A DNA stretch of 64,000 nt from Octopus vulgaris. Its lineage: Eukaryota. The notes under the pieces are model-generated. The model ran no database searches and was not told the DNA's origin. It saw only the letters and a list, made by a program, of their open reading frames with translations. Shown here in pieces: positions 63,490-64,000 of the stretch (its first letter is position 1; each line of letters opens with the position of its first letter). Location of the stretch: NCBI GenBank assembly GCA_951406725.2, contig OX597819.1:23498001-23562000 (forward strand). The letters run 5' to 3'. Both the position numbers and the translations under genes were made by a program.

Positions 63490-63999
63490 GTTACAACGAT
63501 ACCGACATTTCATGCTCCCCTAAACTAACCAACCATGTCTCGTCTTCTTAGAATCACACTTTCAATTATTTGCATCTTCATCTCTTCTCATCATCTTTAA
63601 TGCGTTTCAAAACGAATATTGTCATCTCTAAACTGCATCTTTCCGGAAACCCATCTCCATGTCCAAGATTTCCCAGCCAACAGAAAATCAATTTACACAT
63701 AAATTACAGCCACCTCATCACCCTGGGAAAGTCACCGAAAGCTTTGGGCGTCATTCTCTTCGTTGCACAATTTAATAATTAAAAATATAAAAAAAAACAA
63801 GAGACAGAAAAGAAAGAAAACAATTTGGGGATTCACCAAATTTTGACGACCGTTGGTTGGTCTTTATTGGTTCTCTTGAACTGAAGAAAAGTTAAATACA
63901 AAGAATAAACAAAGGATCCTGGCGTTTACCATGTCACATGTAAATATAAAGTCTATTGGTGATGGCATCGGTCGATCTACCGACTGAACCAAAGAGATT
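63490..63999 (-). repeat. Unclassified dispersed repeat, inverted copy of 24158-24675
   Basis: Near-identical reverse-complement match running to the window edge. Confidence 0.9.
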
Positions 64000-64000
64000 C

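Noticed and set aside
63570-63782. Conserved 70-aa protein in both inverted copies
   Set aside because: The copies are too similar for ORF retention to imply selection, the start is non-ATG and no motif is recognisable.

Overview
AT-rich, repeat-saturated eukaryotic DNA, most likely from an octopod (Octopus) genome. That assignment is inferred from the tRNA-derived SINE families and the very dense (TA)n/(TAA)n/(GATA)n microsatellites. I recognised no intact host protein-coding exon, and most ORFs in the track are translations of microsatellites or SINEs. The window holds at least four SINE groups, two long RTE-type LINE relics, R4/Dong-like RLE elements sitting in microsatellites, CR1-like and Tx1-like fragments, a decayed hAT/CGGBP-like transposase, mariner MITEs, non-autonomous Helitrons, several foldback elements and a 22-bp minisatellite. 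The most notable signal is about nine sequence-unrelated minimal hammerhead-ribozyme-like motifs in short Penelope-like/retrozyme-like elements, most of which abut (TA)n. Two have a canonical core with convincing stems, and two unrelated ones carry the compensatory U3-A8 core variant. Other signals are a TIR element with a 41-bp flanking duplication, modular SINEs with swapped tails, SINE/LINE shared 3' ends, and an old ~0.85-kb tandem repeat revealed by removing nested insertions. All alignments and folds were made by eye.
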